Positions 20,137-30,497 are shown, counted from the stretch's first letter. The stretch: DNA of 64,000 nt from Candidatus Binatia bacterium (GCA_963664395.2 OY761159.2:1024001-1088000), one strand, 5' to 3'. The notes: a model not told the origin generated them from the sequence alone. Translations and numbers: made by a program.

Positions 20137-21222
20137 ATGGCGAAAAAAACCACAGACAAGGGGAACGACTCGGTTCCCTCTTCCTTTGCTCCCGATACTT
20201 CTTTTAGTACACAAGAGGCGCTTGGACAGTCAGAGGCATTCCTGGCATTTCAGGAACGTTTATCCCGCGTCGCTCGGGTCAACCGCCCGGTTTTACTCAT
20301 GGGTGAACGCGGGACGGGCAAAGAGCTGGCTGCAGCTCGGTTGCATTATCTCTCCGGGCGTTGGCAAGGGCCCTTTGTCACCCTCCACTGCGCAGCACTC
20401 TCACCCAGCCTTATTGAAGCCGAATTATTCGGCCATGAAGCAGGGGCTTTTACCGGAGCAACCCGCCAGCGCCTCGGCCGTTTTGAGACCGCTCACAATG
20501 GGACTCTCTTTCTTGATGAAATCGGACACATTCCGCTTGAAGCCCAGGCAAAAATCCTGCGTGTCGTCGAGTATGGCAGCTTTGAGCGGGTCGGCAGTTC
20601 GCAGCCTGTTGGGAGTAATGTTCGGATTATTGGCGCAACCAATGCCGACCTCAGGGCGCTCGCCGCACGCGGACAGTTCAGAGCCGACCTGCTTGACCGC
20701 TTGTCTTTCGAGGTACTTTTTCTTCCGCCCCTGCGTGAGCGCCCTGAGGATATTTTTCTCCTCACCAACCATTTTGCCGCGCGTATGGCCTTCGAACTGG
20801 GACGGGAAGATGTTCCGCAGTTCAGCGATACTGCGCGCGCCGTTCTCGACAACTATCCATGGCCGGGCAATGTCAGAGAGTTAAAAAATGTGGTTGAACG
20901 CGCGGTCTACCGGGCTGATAGCATGCTGATTCGTGATACCGACATCGTACTCGACCCGTTTGAGACACCGTTTCAGCCCATGCCCCAGGAATCAGGTATA
21001 CGAGAAGAGGAACAAGCCGCATTCCCACCCGCCATTCCCGCTACCGCTTCTCACACATCCTTTCCCCAAGCCGTACAGGAATTCGAGTGTGGACTGCTTG
21101 AAAACGGGTTGCGCGCGACACGCTATAATCAAAGGAAAACAGCCGAGCGACTCGGTCTCAGCTATCATCAGTTTCGAGGCTTATACCGGAAATATGCGGA
21201 TCGATTACAGCGTAAAGAATAG
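20137..21222 (+). CDS. pspF: Psp operon sigma-54 transcriptional activator
   Basis: GERGTGKEL, GHEAGAFTGA, LFLDE, WPGNVRELKN, C-terminal YNQRKTAERLGLSYHQFRGL HTH; no N-terminal sensor domain. Confidence 0.93.
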   Translation: MAKKTTDKGNDSVPSSFAPDTSFSTQEALGQSEAFLAFQERLSRVARVNRPVLLMGERGTGKELAAARLHYLSGRWQGPFVTLHCAALSPSLIEAELFGHEAGAFTGATRQRLGRFETAHNGTLFLDEIGHIPLEAQAKILRVVEYGSFERVGSSQPVGSNVRIIGATNADLRALAARGQFRADLLDRLSFEVLFLPPLRERPEDIFLLTNHFAARMAFELGREDVPQFSDTARAVLDNYPWPGNVRELKNVVERAVYRADSMLIRDTDIVLDPFETPFQPMPQESGIREEEQAAFPPAIPATASHTSFPQAVQEFECGLLENGLRATRYNQRKTAERLGLSYHQFRGLYRKYADRLQRKE

Positions 21223-21229
21223 GGCCGCC

Positions 21230-21688
21230 CTAGGGGTAAAAGCGGTACACGCCCTCTGCCACACACGCCGGCTTACTGCTCTCTTCCACCTCAAAGGTCA
21301 GACCCACTGTGACTTGCAGGCCGCCGGTCACATCTTCCGCATTGTTCAAAGTAGCGCGCGCCCGCACCTTTTTGCCGATTGGCACAGGAGACGGAAAGCG
21401 GAGCTTATTCAACCCGTAGTTCACGCCCATTTTAATGCCCTGCACCGCCCAAATCTGATCCATGAAATACGGGGCTAAGGAGAGGGTATAATAGCCGTGT
21501 GCCACCGGACCACCAAAGGGCGACTCTTTTTTTGCTCGCTCGACATCAAGGTGAATCCATTGATGGTCGTGGGTACACTGAGCAAAAGCGTTGATTTCTT
21601 CTTGGGTGACCAGATGCCAATCCGAGACGCCGAGTTCTTCGCCAACCAGAGATTTGACCTCGCCATAGTCTACTTTTCGTGCCGTCAT
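21230..21688 (-). CDS. MaoC-family dehydratase
   Basis: SDW..VTQEEINAFA..T.DHQWIH.D.ERA...PFGG.VAHG, NYGLNKLRFP. Confidence 0.9.
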   Translation of the reverse strand: MTARKVDYGEVKSLVGEELGVSDWHLVTQEEINAFAQCTHDHQWIHLDVERAKKESPFGGPVAHGYYTLSLAPYFMDQIWAVQGIKMGVNYGLNKLRFPSPVPIGKKVRARATLNNAEDVTGGLQVTVGLTFEVEESSKPACVAEGVYRFYP

Positions 21689-21781
21689 GCGGTACTCCTT
21701 TACTGTACGAAGATGAAACAGGATTAGTTCAAAAATGACAGCGTGTTGTCAAGGGGAAGAGCGGCTTGTAGGCTTGCCACA

Positions 21782-22015
21782 ATGACACACTACGCCCCCC
21801 CGCCACCAGAGACCGGCCTGTGTCCCTCCTGCCGACACACCCGCGAGATTGTAAGTGGCAAGGGTTCCCGCTTCTATTATTGCGGACGGTCTGAAACAGA
21901 CGCACACTATCCGAAGTATCCAAACCTACCGCTGCTTGAGTGCCCTGGATATCAATCGGACAGCGTAGACACCGCAAATACTGCACCCACTACGGATACG
22001 AAGGGACCGCGTTAG
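21782..22015 (+). CDS. Small cysteine-rich hypothetical protein
   Basis: GLCPSC.H...SGKGSRF..C.RS..D..YPKYP.LP...C.GY; four Cys, possible metal site. Confidence 0.6.
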   Translation: MTHYAPPPPETGLCPSCRHTREIVSGKGSRFYYCGRSETDAHYPKYPNLPLLECPGYQSDSVDTANTAPTTDTKGPR

Positions 22016-23181
22016 CGATGGAGCAGCATTGCTGTCGTTGGCACCCCATTGCCTGAGGAGACAAAGGCCACCTCGGCGTCCGGGACCTGGTTAATGGCTT
22101 GCCCGCGTAATTGACGCACCGCTTCAACAATATTTTCCATGCCGTGAATATAGCCCTCGGACAGGTTGCCGCCACTCGTGTTCAGCGGCAGCGAGCCATG
22201 CGGCCACAACAGTTTGCCGTCAGACACAAAATCGCCTCCTTCGCCACGTTGGCAGAAACCCAGTTCCTCGATCGCCATGAGGACCAGCGGGGTGAAGTGG
22301 TCATACACAAAACACACATCAACATCACTGTGCGATATTCCCGCCCGGCCAAACAGGGCTTTGCCGGTCACAGTGGATTCTGTTTCGGCTTTCTCAACGT
22401 TTTTCACCACACGCTGGGTGTTCCACTCGCCCGCGCCAAAGGCCCCTCCCATAATATAGGCTGGTTTCTGCTGACAATCTTTTGCCCGGTCGGCTGAAGT
22501 AATCACCACCGCGGCACCACCGTCGGTTTCCAAACAGCAGTCCAGCAAATGGAGGGGGTCCGCGATCATACGAGAGTTTTGATGGTCTTCAATGGTGATA
22601 GGCCGGCCACGCATGACCGCATTGGGATTGGTCTGGGCATGCGTCCGACAGGCGACTGAGATTGCGCCGAAGTCCGCACTCTTGGTCCCATATAAATGCA
22701 TATGGCGCCGCGCAGAGAGGGCAACCATCTGGGCCGGGCTAAAAAGACCATAGGGTTCGAGGTAGGCACCCACGCCGGAAGCGCCCTTACGGACTGCGGC
22801 GCGTCCGAAGCGCGGCGTCCCACGCCCCGAGCGTTCGTTCATGGCCCGGAAAGCGATGACACAATTGGCCATGCCGGTGGCCACGGCCATGGCCCCAAGC
22901 AAAATCGAGCCGACCGGCCCACCCCCGCCGCCGTAGGGCGCTTCCGCGTAAAAACGTAGTTCCGGGATACCCAGGTTTGCGGCAATATCGACCGGATCGT
23001 TGTTATCCATGGAGAACTTGGCGATACCGTCGATATCGCTCGGCTTGAGTCCGGCGTCGGCAATCGCGTTACGGATGGCTTCGACCGCCAGACTCATCTC
23101 GCTGCGGCCCGAGTCTTTTGAGTATTCGGTGTGGCCGATACCAACGATGGCCGTCTTATCTTTCAGGGTTTCCGTTTCCAT
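22012..23181 (-). CDS. Thiolase-like lipid-transfer protein (Ltp2/SCP-x type)
   Basis: AIVGIGHTEYSK.SGRSE, LLDCCLETDGG, YDHFTP, PLNTSGGNLSEGYIHG, EAVRQLRG. Confidence 0.85.
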   Translation of the reverse strand: METETLKDKTAIVGIGHTEYSKDSGRSEMSLAVEAIRNAIADAGLKPSDIDGIAKFSMDNNDPVDIAANLGIPELRFYAEAPYGGGGGPVGSILLGAMAVATGMANCVIAFRAMNERSGRGTPRFGRAAVRKGASGVGAYLEPYGLFSPAQMVALSARRHMHLYGTKSADFGAISVACRTHAQTNPNAVMRGRPITIEDHQNSRMIADPLHLLDCCLETDGGAAVVITSADRAKDCQQKPAYIMGGAFGAGEWNTQRVVKNVEKAETESTVTGKALFGRAGISHSDVDVCFVYDHFTPLVLMAIEELGFCQRGEGGDFVSDGKLLWPHGSLPLNTSGGNLSEGYIHGMENIVEAVRQLRGQAINQVPDAEVAFVSSGNGVPTTAMLLHR

Positions 23182-23261
23182 ACTAGCCTCCCGAAACTGA
23201 ATTGAAGCCGGGATTAGAGCACAGGTCAACTGGATTTGCCACACCACTACCCCCTGCCCCC

Positions 23262-23654
23262 TTACGGAATCAGGGCTGGAATCAGGGGAGGAAACAGGAA
23301 CGGAACCAGTAGCAGCCTAGCCACAGAAGTGCCTACCAGCACTGAGCTAAAAACGATATTCTGTCCCTTTTCGAGCGTTGACTCTTCTTCTCCTGTCATC
23401 GCTACGCCAGCACTGTCAGCCGACTCAGCTCCGTGTTGCGAGATGATCTGGCTGTGTTGCAGGACAGTAGCGTCCCAGGCCGGGGCAGAAGAAAAAAACG
23501 GGTCATCAAAGGGGTCGCTCGCAAACGGGTCACTGACACGGCCATCGCGGACGGGCTCGTTCGGCGTGGACCGATGGGCGCTACACCCAGCCAAGAAGAC
23601 AAGGCAGACAGCACACACGCACAGCAACCAGCCAGCTCTCCATACCTTCTCCAT
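23262..23654 (-). CDS. Hypothetical lipoprotein with hydrophobic C-terminus
   Basis: Lipobox LAGC after a hydrophobic stretch; DPF repeats. Confidence 0.5.
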   Translation of the reverse strand: MEKVWRAGWLLCVCAVCLVFLAGCSAHRSTPNEPVRDGRVSDPFASDPFDDPFFSSAPAWDATVLQHSQIISQHGAESADSAGVAMTGEEESTLEKGQNIVFSSVLVGTSVARLLLVPFLFPPLIPALIP

Positions 23655-23907
23655 CTGTCCCCTCCCTACTCCACCACCGTCGGGCCGGTGGCGCACGAAA
23701 CGCCCCTCAATGAAGAGAAGGTCGTCCTCCTACTTCCTCCTGAGCCTGAAACTCGTTCCAAAACCATAAACAAGTTAAGTACCGCAGAGTATCCAACGGA
23801 CCCTCCCGACTAAGAGTTTTGTAGCATGCACACAGCGTGTTACGCAAAGAATCCGCGCCTTGCGAGCAGCCAAGCAACTCGTTTATGCTGCGGAAGAAAG
23901 GGACACC

Positions 23908-25158
23908 GTGACACCAGCACACGCTTCAGACGCGGTCCGCCATACGCCGGAGCCAGGGCGGGCCGCAACAGACCGGCGGTCGGAATTTGAGCATGACCGC
24001 GCCCGGATTATCCATTCGGCAGCGTTTCGGCGTTTGCAGGGCAAGACCCAGGTATTCGGTATCTACGAGGGAGATTTTTTTCGGACTCGCCTGACCCACT
24101 CTCTCGAAGTCGCCCAAATTGCCAAAGGCATTGCCCTGGCTCTCGGGACCGACCCGGATTTGGTGGAAGCGGCGTGCTTAGCGCACGATCTTGGCCATCC
24201 GCCCTTTGGCCATAATGGCGAGCGGACGCTGCACGCACTCATGCGGGCGCATGGCGGCTTTGAAGGCAATGCCCAGACCCTGCGTATTCTGACCTATCTC
24301 GAACAGAAACATGCGGACTATGCCGGCCTGAATCTGACCTATCAAACGCTTGATGGGGTTCTCAAATATAAAACCTGCATCGACTCAACAGCAATAGCCA
24401 ATGCTCCACAGAGCCCGGTCAAAGGCTTTTACACCTGGGATCGCCAGTTGGTTGAGACCATCGTCCAACAGACAGGCAGCGGGCAACAACGCAGCGTTGA
24501 GTGCCAAATCCTGGATGTGGCGGATGACATCGCCTATTCCGTGCATGACTTGGAAGACAGTCTCAAAGCCGGCTTACTGACCCAGGCGGACCTGCGGCGT
24601 CTTCCGCCGGCGCGCGTGGTGCGCGATGTCAATGCGAAGCTGACCGTTTGGGGACGGACCGTCAATGAAGGCACGGTCCACATGGAACTGGCGCAGATTG
24701 CCGACCGGCTCGAACAGCTTGAACAGCGGTCTCTTCGGGCGGGTAGAAAAATGCTGACTCGTGATCTCATTCATGAATTTGTCAGTCCGGTTGCCATCCA
24801 ATCACACGGAGACCACGAACACATTGATACCGATTTTTCCAACCGGGTCCGCATCGAAGCGCTCAAGGCGTTTGAGTCGTACAAGGTCATCAACAATCCG
24901 CGCGTGACCACACTCAGCCATAAGGGCAAAGAAGTCCTCCGCCGCCTGTTTGCCGTACTCGACCAAGGTCAGGAGTCCATCGGCCTCTTCCCCGAAGACC
25001 ACGGCGAGCACTATGAGAAAGCGCTCCTCAACGGCGACGAGACCGCCCGCAAGCGGGTCATCTGCGACTTTCTGGCCGGCATGACCGATTCGTACGCCCT
25101 ACGGTTTTACAGTCGCCTGTTCGTTCCGGGCGAGGGCAGCTTTTACGAGATGTTGTGA
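23908..25158 (+). CDS. dgt: Deoxyguanosinetriphosphate triphosphohydrolase (HD domain)
   Basis: DRARIIHSAAFRRLQGKTQV, RTRLTHSLEVAQI, AHDLGHPPFGHNGE, FEGNAQ, ADDIAY..HDLED, DFLAGMTD. Confidence 0.92.
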   Translation: MTPAHASDAVRHTPEPGRAATDRRSEFEHDRARIIHSAAFRRLQGKTQVFGIYEGDFFRTRLTHSLEVAQIAKGIALALGTDPDLVEAACLAHDLGHPPFGHNGERTLHALMRAHGGFEGNAQTLRILTYLEQKHADYAGLNLTYQTLDGVLKYKTCIDSTAIANAPQSPVKGFYTWDRQLVETIVQQTGSGQQRSVECQILDVADDIAYSVHDLEDSLKAGLLTQADLRRLPPARVVRDVNAKLTVWGRTVNEGTVHMELAQIADRLEQLEQRSLRAGRKMLTRDLIHEFVSPVAIQSHGDHEHIDTDFSNRVRIEALKAFESYKVINNPRVTTLSHKGKEVLRRLFAVLDQGQESIGLFPEDHGEHYEKALLNGDETARKRVICDFLAGMTDSYALRFYSRLFVPGEGSFYEML

Positions 25159-25220
25159 CTAAAGTTCCCCTCGGTAAAGGCGTCAGCGAATAGTCCAAAT
25201 GACAAGAGAGGAAATGCTAC

Positions 25221-26039
25221 ATGGAGCATGAATTAAACAATTATGAACAACAACAAGTAAAGCTAATCAAGGAATGGAAAAATAAGGAGCCATCGATAGT
25301 CTCCCAGGGCATGGGGAAATTACTATATCCTTTGACATGGATGGCTGAAAAAGTAATCCCGGAAGCTGCTATCAGGGGTCTATTGGACTTCTCTTCAACA
25401 ATCGCCAAATGGCTGACTGATACATCTGATATTTTAAGAGACGGTAGGGTTGCTTCCATCAAGGAACTGAAGGCAAAAGATATCGAATTGTCAGACGAGT
25501 TAGCCAACGAAGTCCATAACTGGGCAATTGGTATCGCTACGGTAGAAGGCGGAGCGACAGGATTCACTGGACTCCCCGGTATAGCTGCTGACGTCCCAGC
25601 TATAATAACGATTGCTTTAAGAACTATACAAAAAATTGGTGTTTGTTACGGATTTGAAGTGAAAACCACAGAAGATAGAGATTTCATACGCGGCATAATG
25701 GCAGCGTCGGGTGCAAATGACATGAGCGAAAAACTGGCGGCGCTGGCCACCCTGCGATCCATTCAGGTAACTATTGCAAAGCAAACGTGGAAAAAGATGG
25801 CTCAAACGGCCGCCCAGGGTCAAATGAGCAAAGAGGCTGCAATCATCGGTCTTAAAAATCTAGCGAAACAACTCGGCGTCAACCTTACGAAACGGAAGGC
25901 TCTTCAAACTATACCCGTAATAGGAGCCGGAGTAGGTGCGTCTGTTAATGGTTGGTACATTAAAGATGTTGGATGGGCAGCCCGTCGGGCTTTCCAAGAA
26001 CGCTGGTTAATTGAGAATGAGAAAATAATAGAAATCTAA
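25221..26039 (+). CDS. EcsC family protein
   Basis: EGGATG..GL.G.AADVP, I...YGF, Q.IPVIGA.VGA.VN, R.FQERW. Visibly AT-rich. Confidence 0.75.
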   Translation: MEHELNNYEQQQVKLIKEWKNKEPSIVSQGMGKLLYPLTWMAEKVIPEAAIRGLLDFSSTIAKWLTDTSDILRDGRVASIKELKAKDIELSDELANEVHNWAIGIATVEGGATGFTGLPGIAADVPAIITIALRTIQKIGVCYGFEVKTTEDRDFIRGIMAASGANDMSEKLAALATLRSIQVTIAKQTWKKMAQTAAQGQMSKEAAIIGLKNLAKQLGVNLTKRKALQTIPVIGAGVGASVNGWYIKDVGWAARRAFQERWLIENEKIIEI

Positions 26040-26105
26040 CGCTTGACCTCTCCCTTCTTCTTTTGACCGTTCTCTTACCTTGAAGCATCACCCTCTCCGT
26101 GGAGT

Positions 26106-26333
26106 ATGCAAACCATGAAGCTGACGTACCATCCTGACACGGACTCGCTTTACATCGACCTCTCTGAGCGGCCGAGTGTAGACAGCCGGGAGATATCCGA
26201 GGGTGTTGTGCTGGATTACGATGCCAGTGGGAACTTGGTTGGGATTGATATCGACAATGCCAGCAACAAGGTAGCGCTTAACGAACTGACGCTCAGCAAG
26301 TTGCCAGCCGAGATACAGACCATGACATCCTGA
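26106..26333 (+). CDS. DUF2283 domain protein (putative antitoxin)
   Basis: MKL.Y.PDTDSLYIDL...S..S.EI.EGVVLDYD..G.LVGIDI.NAS. Confidence 0.85.
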   Translation: MQTMKLTYHPDTDSLYIDLSERPSVDSREISEGVVLDYDASGNLVGIDIDNASNKVALNELTLSKLPAEIQTMTS

Positions 26334-26339
26334 TAATGT

Positions 26340-27023
26340 ATGCAGTTCGACCAGTTCCAATTTGGTATTTCTGGCGCCGTACAGTCGCTTGGCCTCAAGG
26401 CCGTCTGCTTTGTTATTGAGGGAGTGCGCAATCAACAGACGCATCCTGCGTTTGAAGCGCTCAAAGCGCACACGCTTGCCCAAGTGACCAAAGACCTCTC
26501 GTATGAAGTCATACAGACCCACCCTGTTCTGAACGGCTTTCGCGCCCTGCATGACGCCATTGGACGCTCCAATCGGAAAAACGTGGCGTCACCGGAGAGC
26601 TTGCTCAAGCTCGTCTTACAAACAGGCGGGCTGCCTCAGGTCAATTTGCTTGTTGATATCTACAACCTGGTGTCGGTGAAAACATGCCTGTCTCTGGGCG
26701 CGCATGACTTGGCGGCCATTCGCGGCAATGTCCACCTCCGCCTTACGGACGGCAGCGAAACCTTTTGGCCTATGGGCTCGGAGAAGCCAAAAATCGTCAG
26801 CCCTGATGAATACGCCTATGTGGATGACGAGAAAAATGTGCTGTGTCGTCTGGAGGTGCGCCAGTGCCAGACAACAAAAATCACACTCGATACGACCGCC
26901 TGCTTTTTCATCGTGCAGGGAAATGCACGGACAGAACATACCTGTCTGCACCACACAGCAAACGAACTCCTCACTCTCATCAAACGGTTTTGCGGTGGTC
27001 AGGAACGCCTGCTGTTGGGGTGA
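26340..27023 (+). CDS. Stand-alone B3/4 domain protein (tRNA-editing-like)
   Basis: S.ESLL......LP.VN.LVDIYNLVS....SLGAHDL, GSE.F.P.G, EYAY.D. Confidence 0.8.
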   Translation: MQFDQFQFGISGAVQSLGLKAVCFVIEGVRNQQTHPAFEALKAHTLAQVTKDLSYEVIQTHPVLNGFRALHDAIGRSNRKNVASPESLLKLVLQTGGLPQVNLLVDIYNLVSVKTCLSLGAHDLAAIRGNVHLRLTDGSETFWPMGSEKPKIVSPDEYAYVDDEKNVLCRLEVRQCQTTKITLDTTACFFIVQGNARTEHTCLHHTANELLTLIKRFCGGQERLLLG

Positions 27024-27054
27024 CACGGGGCTCACCCGACCGACGCGGCACGCT

Positions 27055-27888
27055 TCAGATACCCCTGCGAGAGTCCTCTTCTCCGGTGGGCAGGTTGTGG
27101 TCCATCTCGAGCGCCGGCTGTTGGAGTTTGGCGCAGCGGCCAACCAGCTTGGCCGGCACGCCGGCAACCGTGCAGCCCGACGGGACATCGGTGAGCACGA
27201 CACTGCCCGCGCCCACCTTGGCGTTTGCGCCGACCTCGACATTGCCCAGAATCTTGGCCCCAGCGCTGATCAACACACCAGTCCGAATCTTGGGATGACG
27301 GTCACCGGATTCCTTTCCGGTTCCGCCAAGAGTCACTTCCTGGAGCATGGACACATTGTTCTCAACCACGGCCGTCTCCCCAATGACGAGACTGCTGCCG
27401 TGGTCAATAAAAATCCCCGAACCAATACGGGCGGCGGGGTGAATGTCCACGCTGAAGACTTCCGAAATCCGATTCTGCAAACAGAAGGCCAGGGTCTTCC
27501 GGTCTTGCTTCCACAGCCAGTGAGTCACGCGGTAGGCTTCGAGCGCGTGAAAGCCTTTATAGTACAGCAAGGGCGCCGAATAGAACGAACAGGCCGGGTC
27601 GCGGTCGCGCACCGCGCAGATGTCCGCCCGCACGGCCTGCCCAATCTGTGGGTCATCCATCAGCGCTTCCATCATGATGTCGCGCAGGGTAATGGACGGC
27701 AGGTTGAGATTGGTCAGCTTGCCGGCCAAAAGGTAGCTCAGCGCTTCCTCTAATGAAGCGTGATTGAGAATAATCGAGTGTAAAAAGCTCGCCAGCACAG
27801 GCTCGCGGTCGGCTTCCAATGCGGCTTCGTCTCGAATGGCTTGCCAGACCCAGTCGTCAGATGTTGCTTGTTGCTTGACGGCACGCAT
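27055..27888 (-). CDS. cysE: Serine O-acetyltransferase
   Basis: EPVLASFLH..IL.H, RDPAC, YYKGFHA, VDIHPAA, DHG...VIGETA, VTLGGTGKE.GDRHPKI. Confidence 0.95.
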   Translation of the reverse strand: MRAVKQQATSDDWVWQAIRDEAALEADREPVLASFLHSIILNHASLEEALSYLLAGKLTNLNLPSITLRDIMMEALMDDPQIGQAVRADICAVRDRDPACSFYSAPLLYYKGFHALEAYRVTHWLWKQDRKTLAFCLQNRISEVFSVDIHPAARIGSGIFIDHGSSLVIGETAVVENNVSMLQEVTLGGTGKESGDRHPKIRTGVLISAGAKILGNVEVGANAKVGAGSVVLTDVPSGCTVAGVPAKLVGRCAKLQQPALEMDHNLPTGEEDSRRGI

Positions 27889-28148
27889 GCATGTCCTCCT
27901 GTAGAGAAGTTTCTGGTATAGTCAGTCAGCTTCTCTCCATACGCTTTCCCTCTATACGGAATAGTGAGGAAGAACAATATAAGCAGTATGAAACGTATCT
28001 GTGTTTTTACCGGAGTTCCTGCAACACGCGGTGGACGAGAAGTTTTTGAAAGCCACGTATCACGCCATGCTCTTTGGCGGAGAGCAGCCGGACGAACTCC
28101 TGCATGCATTCGAGGCGCAAACGAGCCGCTCAAGGTGAGGAACACGCT

Positions 28149-28514
28149 ATGGGCCATTCAGCGATCAATCTGGCGCAAAAACTCAACACGTTCTCAGACC
28201 ACTGGTCCCCCAAAATCATCGCCCGGATGAACGACTATCATTTCAAGCTGGTCAAACTCCAGGGCGATTTTGTTTGGCATAGCCATGTTGATACGGACGA
28301 AGTCTTTCTTATGATAAGTGGGTCTATGCAGATTGATTTTCGGGCTGGAAATGTTGAGCTGAAAACAGGAGAAATGTTCGTTGTGCCCAAAGGCGTCGAA
28401 CATAAACCGTGGGCTGAAAAGGAATGCCACGTCCTGCTGGTCGAGCCCGCAGAGACGGTGAATACAGGCGACGCCGGTGGAGAGCTAACCGCTAAGAATG
28501 ATGTCTGGGTCTAG
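28149..28514 (+). CDS. Cupin domain protein
   Basis: [29 protein letters not shown]...[14 protein letters not shown]. Confidence 0.88.
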   Translation: MGHSAINLAQKLNTFSDHWSPKIIARMNDYHFKLVKLQGDFVWHSHVDTDEVFLMISGSMQIDFRAGNVELKTGEMFVVPKGVEHKPWAEKECHVLLVEPAETVNTGDAGGELTAKNDVWV

Positions 28515-28523
28515 GAGTACCCT

Positions 28524-29024
28524 ATGTCTACCATCACCGTTGTTGAAGCGGACTTACAGCGGCCCGATCACCAAGAGGCGGTCCTCCGGCTTGTGAACAA
28601 TTATGCGCGTGATCCAATGGGCAATAGTCAGGACCTGCCGCAGGAGGTGCGTAATCGCCTCATTCCAGGTTTACAGGCCCACCCGACAACGTTGATTTTT
28701 CTGGCGTATCGTGGAGACGAAGCAGTCGGAATTGCGGTGTGTTTCCGAGGCTTCTCCACCTTTGCCGCCAAACCGTTACTCAATATCCACGACTTGGCGG
28801 TGAATCCGGACTGTCGCGGACAAGGCATCGGGCGCTTGTTATTACAACGCGTAGAACAGAAGGCGCGCGCGTTAGGCTGCTGTAAGCTGACATTGGAAGT
28901 GCAACACAATAATACGGTTGCCCAAGGATTGTATTTTGGGGTCGGCTTTATTCGAGCGGCCTATGATCCGGAGGCCGGACAGGTTCTTTTTTTGCAAAAG
29001 CCGCTGTGGCACAATTCTTCTTGA
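28524..29024 (+). CDS. GNAT family N-acetyltransferase
   Basis: FSTFAAKPLLNIHDLAV...RGQGIG..LL, KLTLEV...N..A..LY. Confidence 0.88.
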   Translation: MSTITVVEADLQRPDHQEAVLRLVNNYARDPMGNSQDLPQEVRNRLIPGLQAHPTTLIFLAYRGDEAVGIAVCFRGFSTFAAKPLLNIHDLAVNPDCRGQGIGRLLLQRVEQKARALGCCKLTLEVQHNNTVAQGLYFGVGFIRAAYDPEAGQVLFLQKPLWHNSS

Positions 29025-29057
29025 GCAGAGCACTCGATTAAACGCCACGCTCCCCCC

Positions 29058-29564
29058 TTGGGTATGGATACGACGCAGCCAGACTATTACTACCGCGATT
29101 TCCCCTCTCAGGTCCTGCCGGCTCGGACCCCTTTTACTCGTGTCGGACGAGGGGATGCGGGACAGTTGTTTATTTATGTATCAAATCGCCTCCAACGCTG
29201 GAGTGTCTTACTCGCTAAGGATCGGGTGGACCACATCTATCCGGAAGCACGCAAGCAGATTCCGCCAGGGTTCGCTCATATTTGGTTGTTGGAAAAACGC
29301 TACAGTACGCGCCCGGTCGGTTTCCGGACAAAACATCCCCCGCCGCTGCACCAGCCCGATCAAGGCGACCGCACCCCAGTCACCGGGTTGGGCGAGTCAT
29401 TCGTACTCTTAGCTGAACCGTCTCAAGCTCCTGGTGTGCAAGGTGACGTCCTGTCGTACCACTTGCAGGAAGGGGCCGCTATCGAAGCGGCTGAGGAGTA
29501 CACAAAGCGGCAGCGGCGGCGTGCAGTCGTGGGTTTGCTGGTGTGGGATGATTATTGGTTCTAG
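29058..29564 (+). CDS. Hypothetical protein
   Basis: Fills the gap between the GNAT gene and the ureD stop; no recognisable family. Confidence 0.5.
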   Translation: MGMDTTQPDYYYRDFPSQVLPARTPFTRVGRGDAGQLFIYVSNRLQRWSVLLAKDRVDHIYPEARKQIPPGFAHIWLLEKRYSTRPVGFRTKHPPPLHQPDQGDRTPVTGLGESFVLLAEPSQAPGVQGDVLSYHLQEGAAIEAAEEYTKRQRRRAVVGLLVWDDYWF

Positions 29565-29566
29565 CT

Positions 29567-30460
29567 CTACAACCAGCCTGATTTGCGGCGGCTTGCCGGT
29601 TCCACACCGGTCAGACACAACCGCACCGCGCTCCAGGCCGCATGAAATGCGTTGCGCAAAGCAACCGCGTCAACGGCGAGCACTCGCAGCCAGGCGCCCG
29701 CATTGTGAGGAAGGGCCGACGCGCCGGCATAGATGTCGGGAATAGGACCGAGCGCCGTTCGTAAGGTCGTCACCAACTCCCCGGCATCATGATCCGACAC
29801 AACCCAGAGCGTCCCTTGCGTCCGGTAGCGCCGCAAGGCCGGTGGCAGACTAGCAACAAACTCGTGTCCGGCAATCTCGAAGCGGTCAATACACAGGCGC
29901 TGACCGTCTGGCCGCTGGACCACTGTTTCATTGAAAAACGAAGCAAACGGACGGGCTAAAGATTCCGGGGATTCCGGGTCGTGCAGGCCAAAGGCATCGC
30001 CGCTGATGGCTGTTGCGCCTTCTTCGACAGTGATGTGGACACAAGAGCGGAAGCGCGCTTGTGGAAATAATGCGAGCGGGTCGGGCAGATACTCAACAAA
30101 ACTGCCTTTCCCCGCCTGGATGGAAACATGCTGCACCGCAGCCCTGCCCTCCTGCATCGAATGGACAACGGTTGCCCCTTGGGTTGTCAGATGGACGCAC
30201 GCCCCGTCCGCAACCGAAAAATCGAGCGCCAAACGATCCTTTTCATACACCCCGCCGGAGATGGATTGCAGGATCAGCGTCGGCATCCCAGGCGGAACAC
30301 GGTCAAAATAAAACGGCTGGGTAAGGGTGAAGGGATAGGTCGTAAATTGTTTGGCAATAAACGTTTGACCGGATGGGTCACGTTTGAAGCTGAGAGAGAC
30401 TTGGGGCGACGTGACGGAGAATGGCTCCGCTGAGAGCCGAGGAGAGGGATCACTACTCAT
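29567..30460 (-). CDS. ureD: Urease accessory protein UreD
   Basis: SGG....D, TTQGAT.V, EYLPDPL..F..A; cluster context. Confidence 0.8.
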   Translation of the reverse strand: MSSDPSPRLSAEPFSVTSPQVSLSFKRDPSGQTFIAKQFTTYPFTLTQPFYFDRVPPGMPTLILQSISGGVYEKDRLALDFSVADGACVHLTTQGATVVHSMQEGRAAVQHVSIQAGKGSFVEYLPDPLALFPQARFRSCVHITVEEGATAISGDAFGLHDPESPESLARPFASFFNETVVQRPDGQRLCIDRFEIAGHEFVASLPPALRRYRTQGTLWVVSDHDAGELVTTLRTALGPIPDIYAGASALPHNAGAWLRVLAVDAVALRNAFHAAWSAVRLCLTGVEPASRRKSGWL

Positions 30461-30497
30461 GTCGTGCTGTGGTGCTTCGGGAGGAGCGCCGCTCCGA

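Noticed and set aside
23908-25158. dGTPase as an anti-phage system
   Set aside because: It looks like the ordinary housekeeping dgt with host-like composition, and there is no defence-island context.
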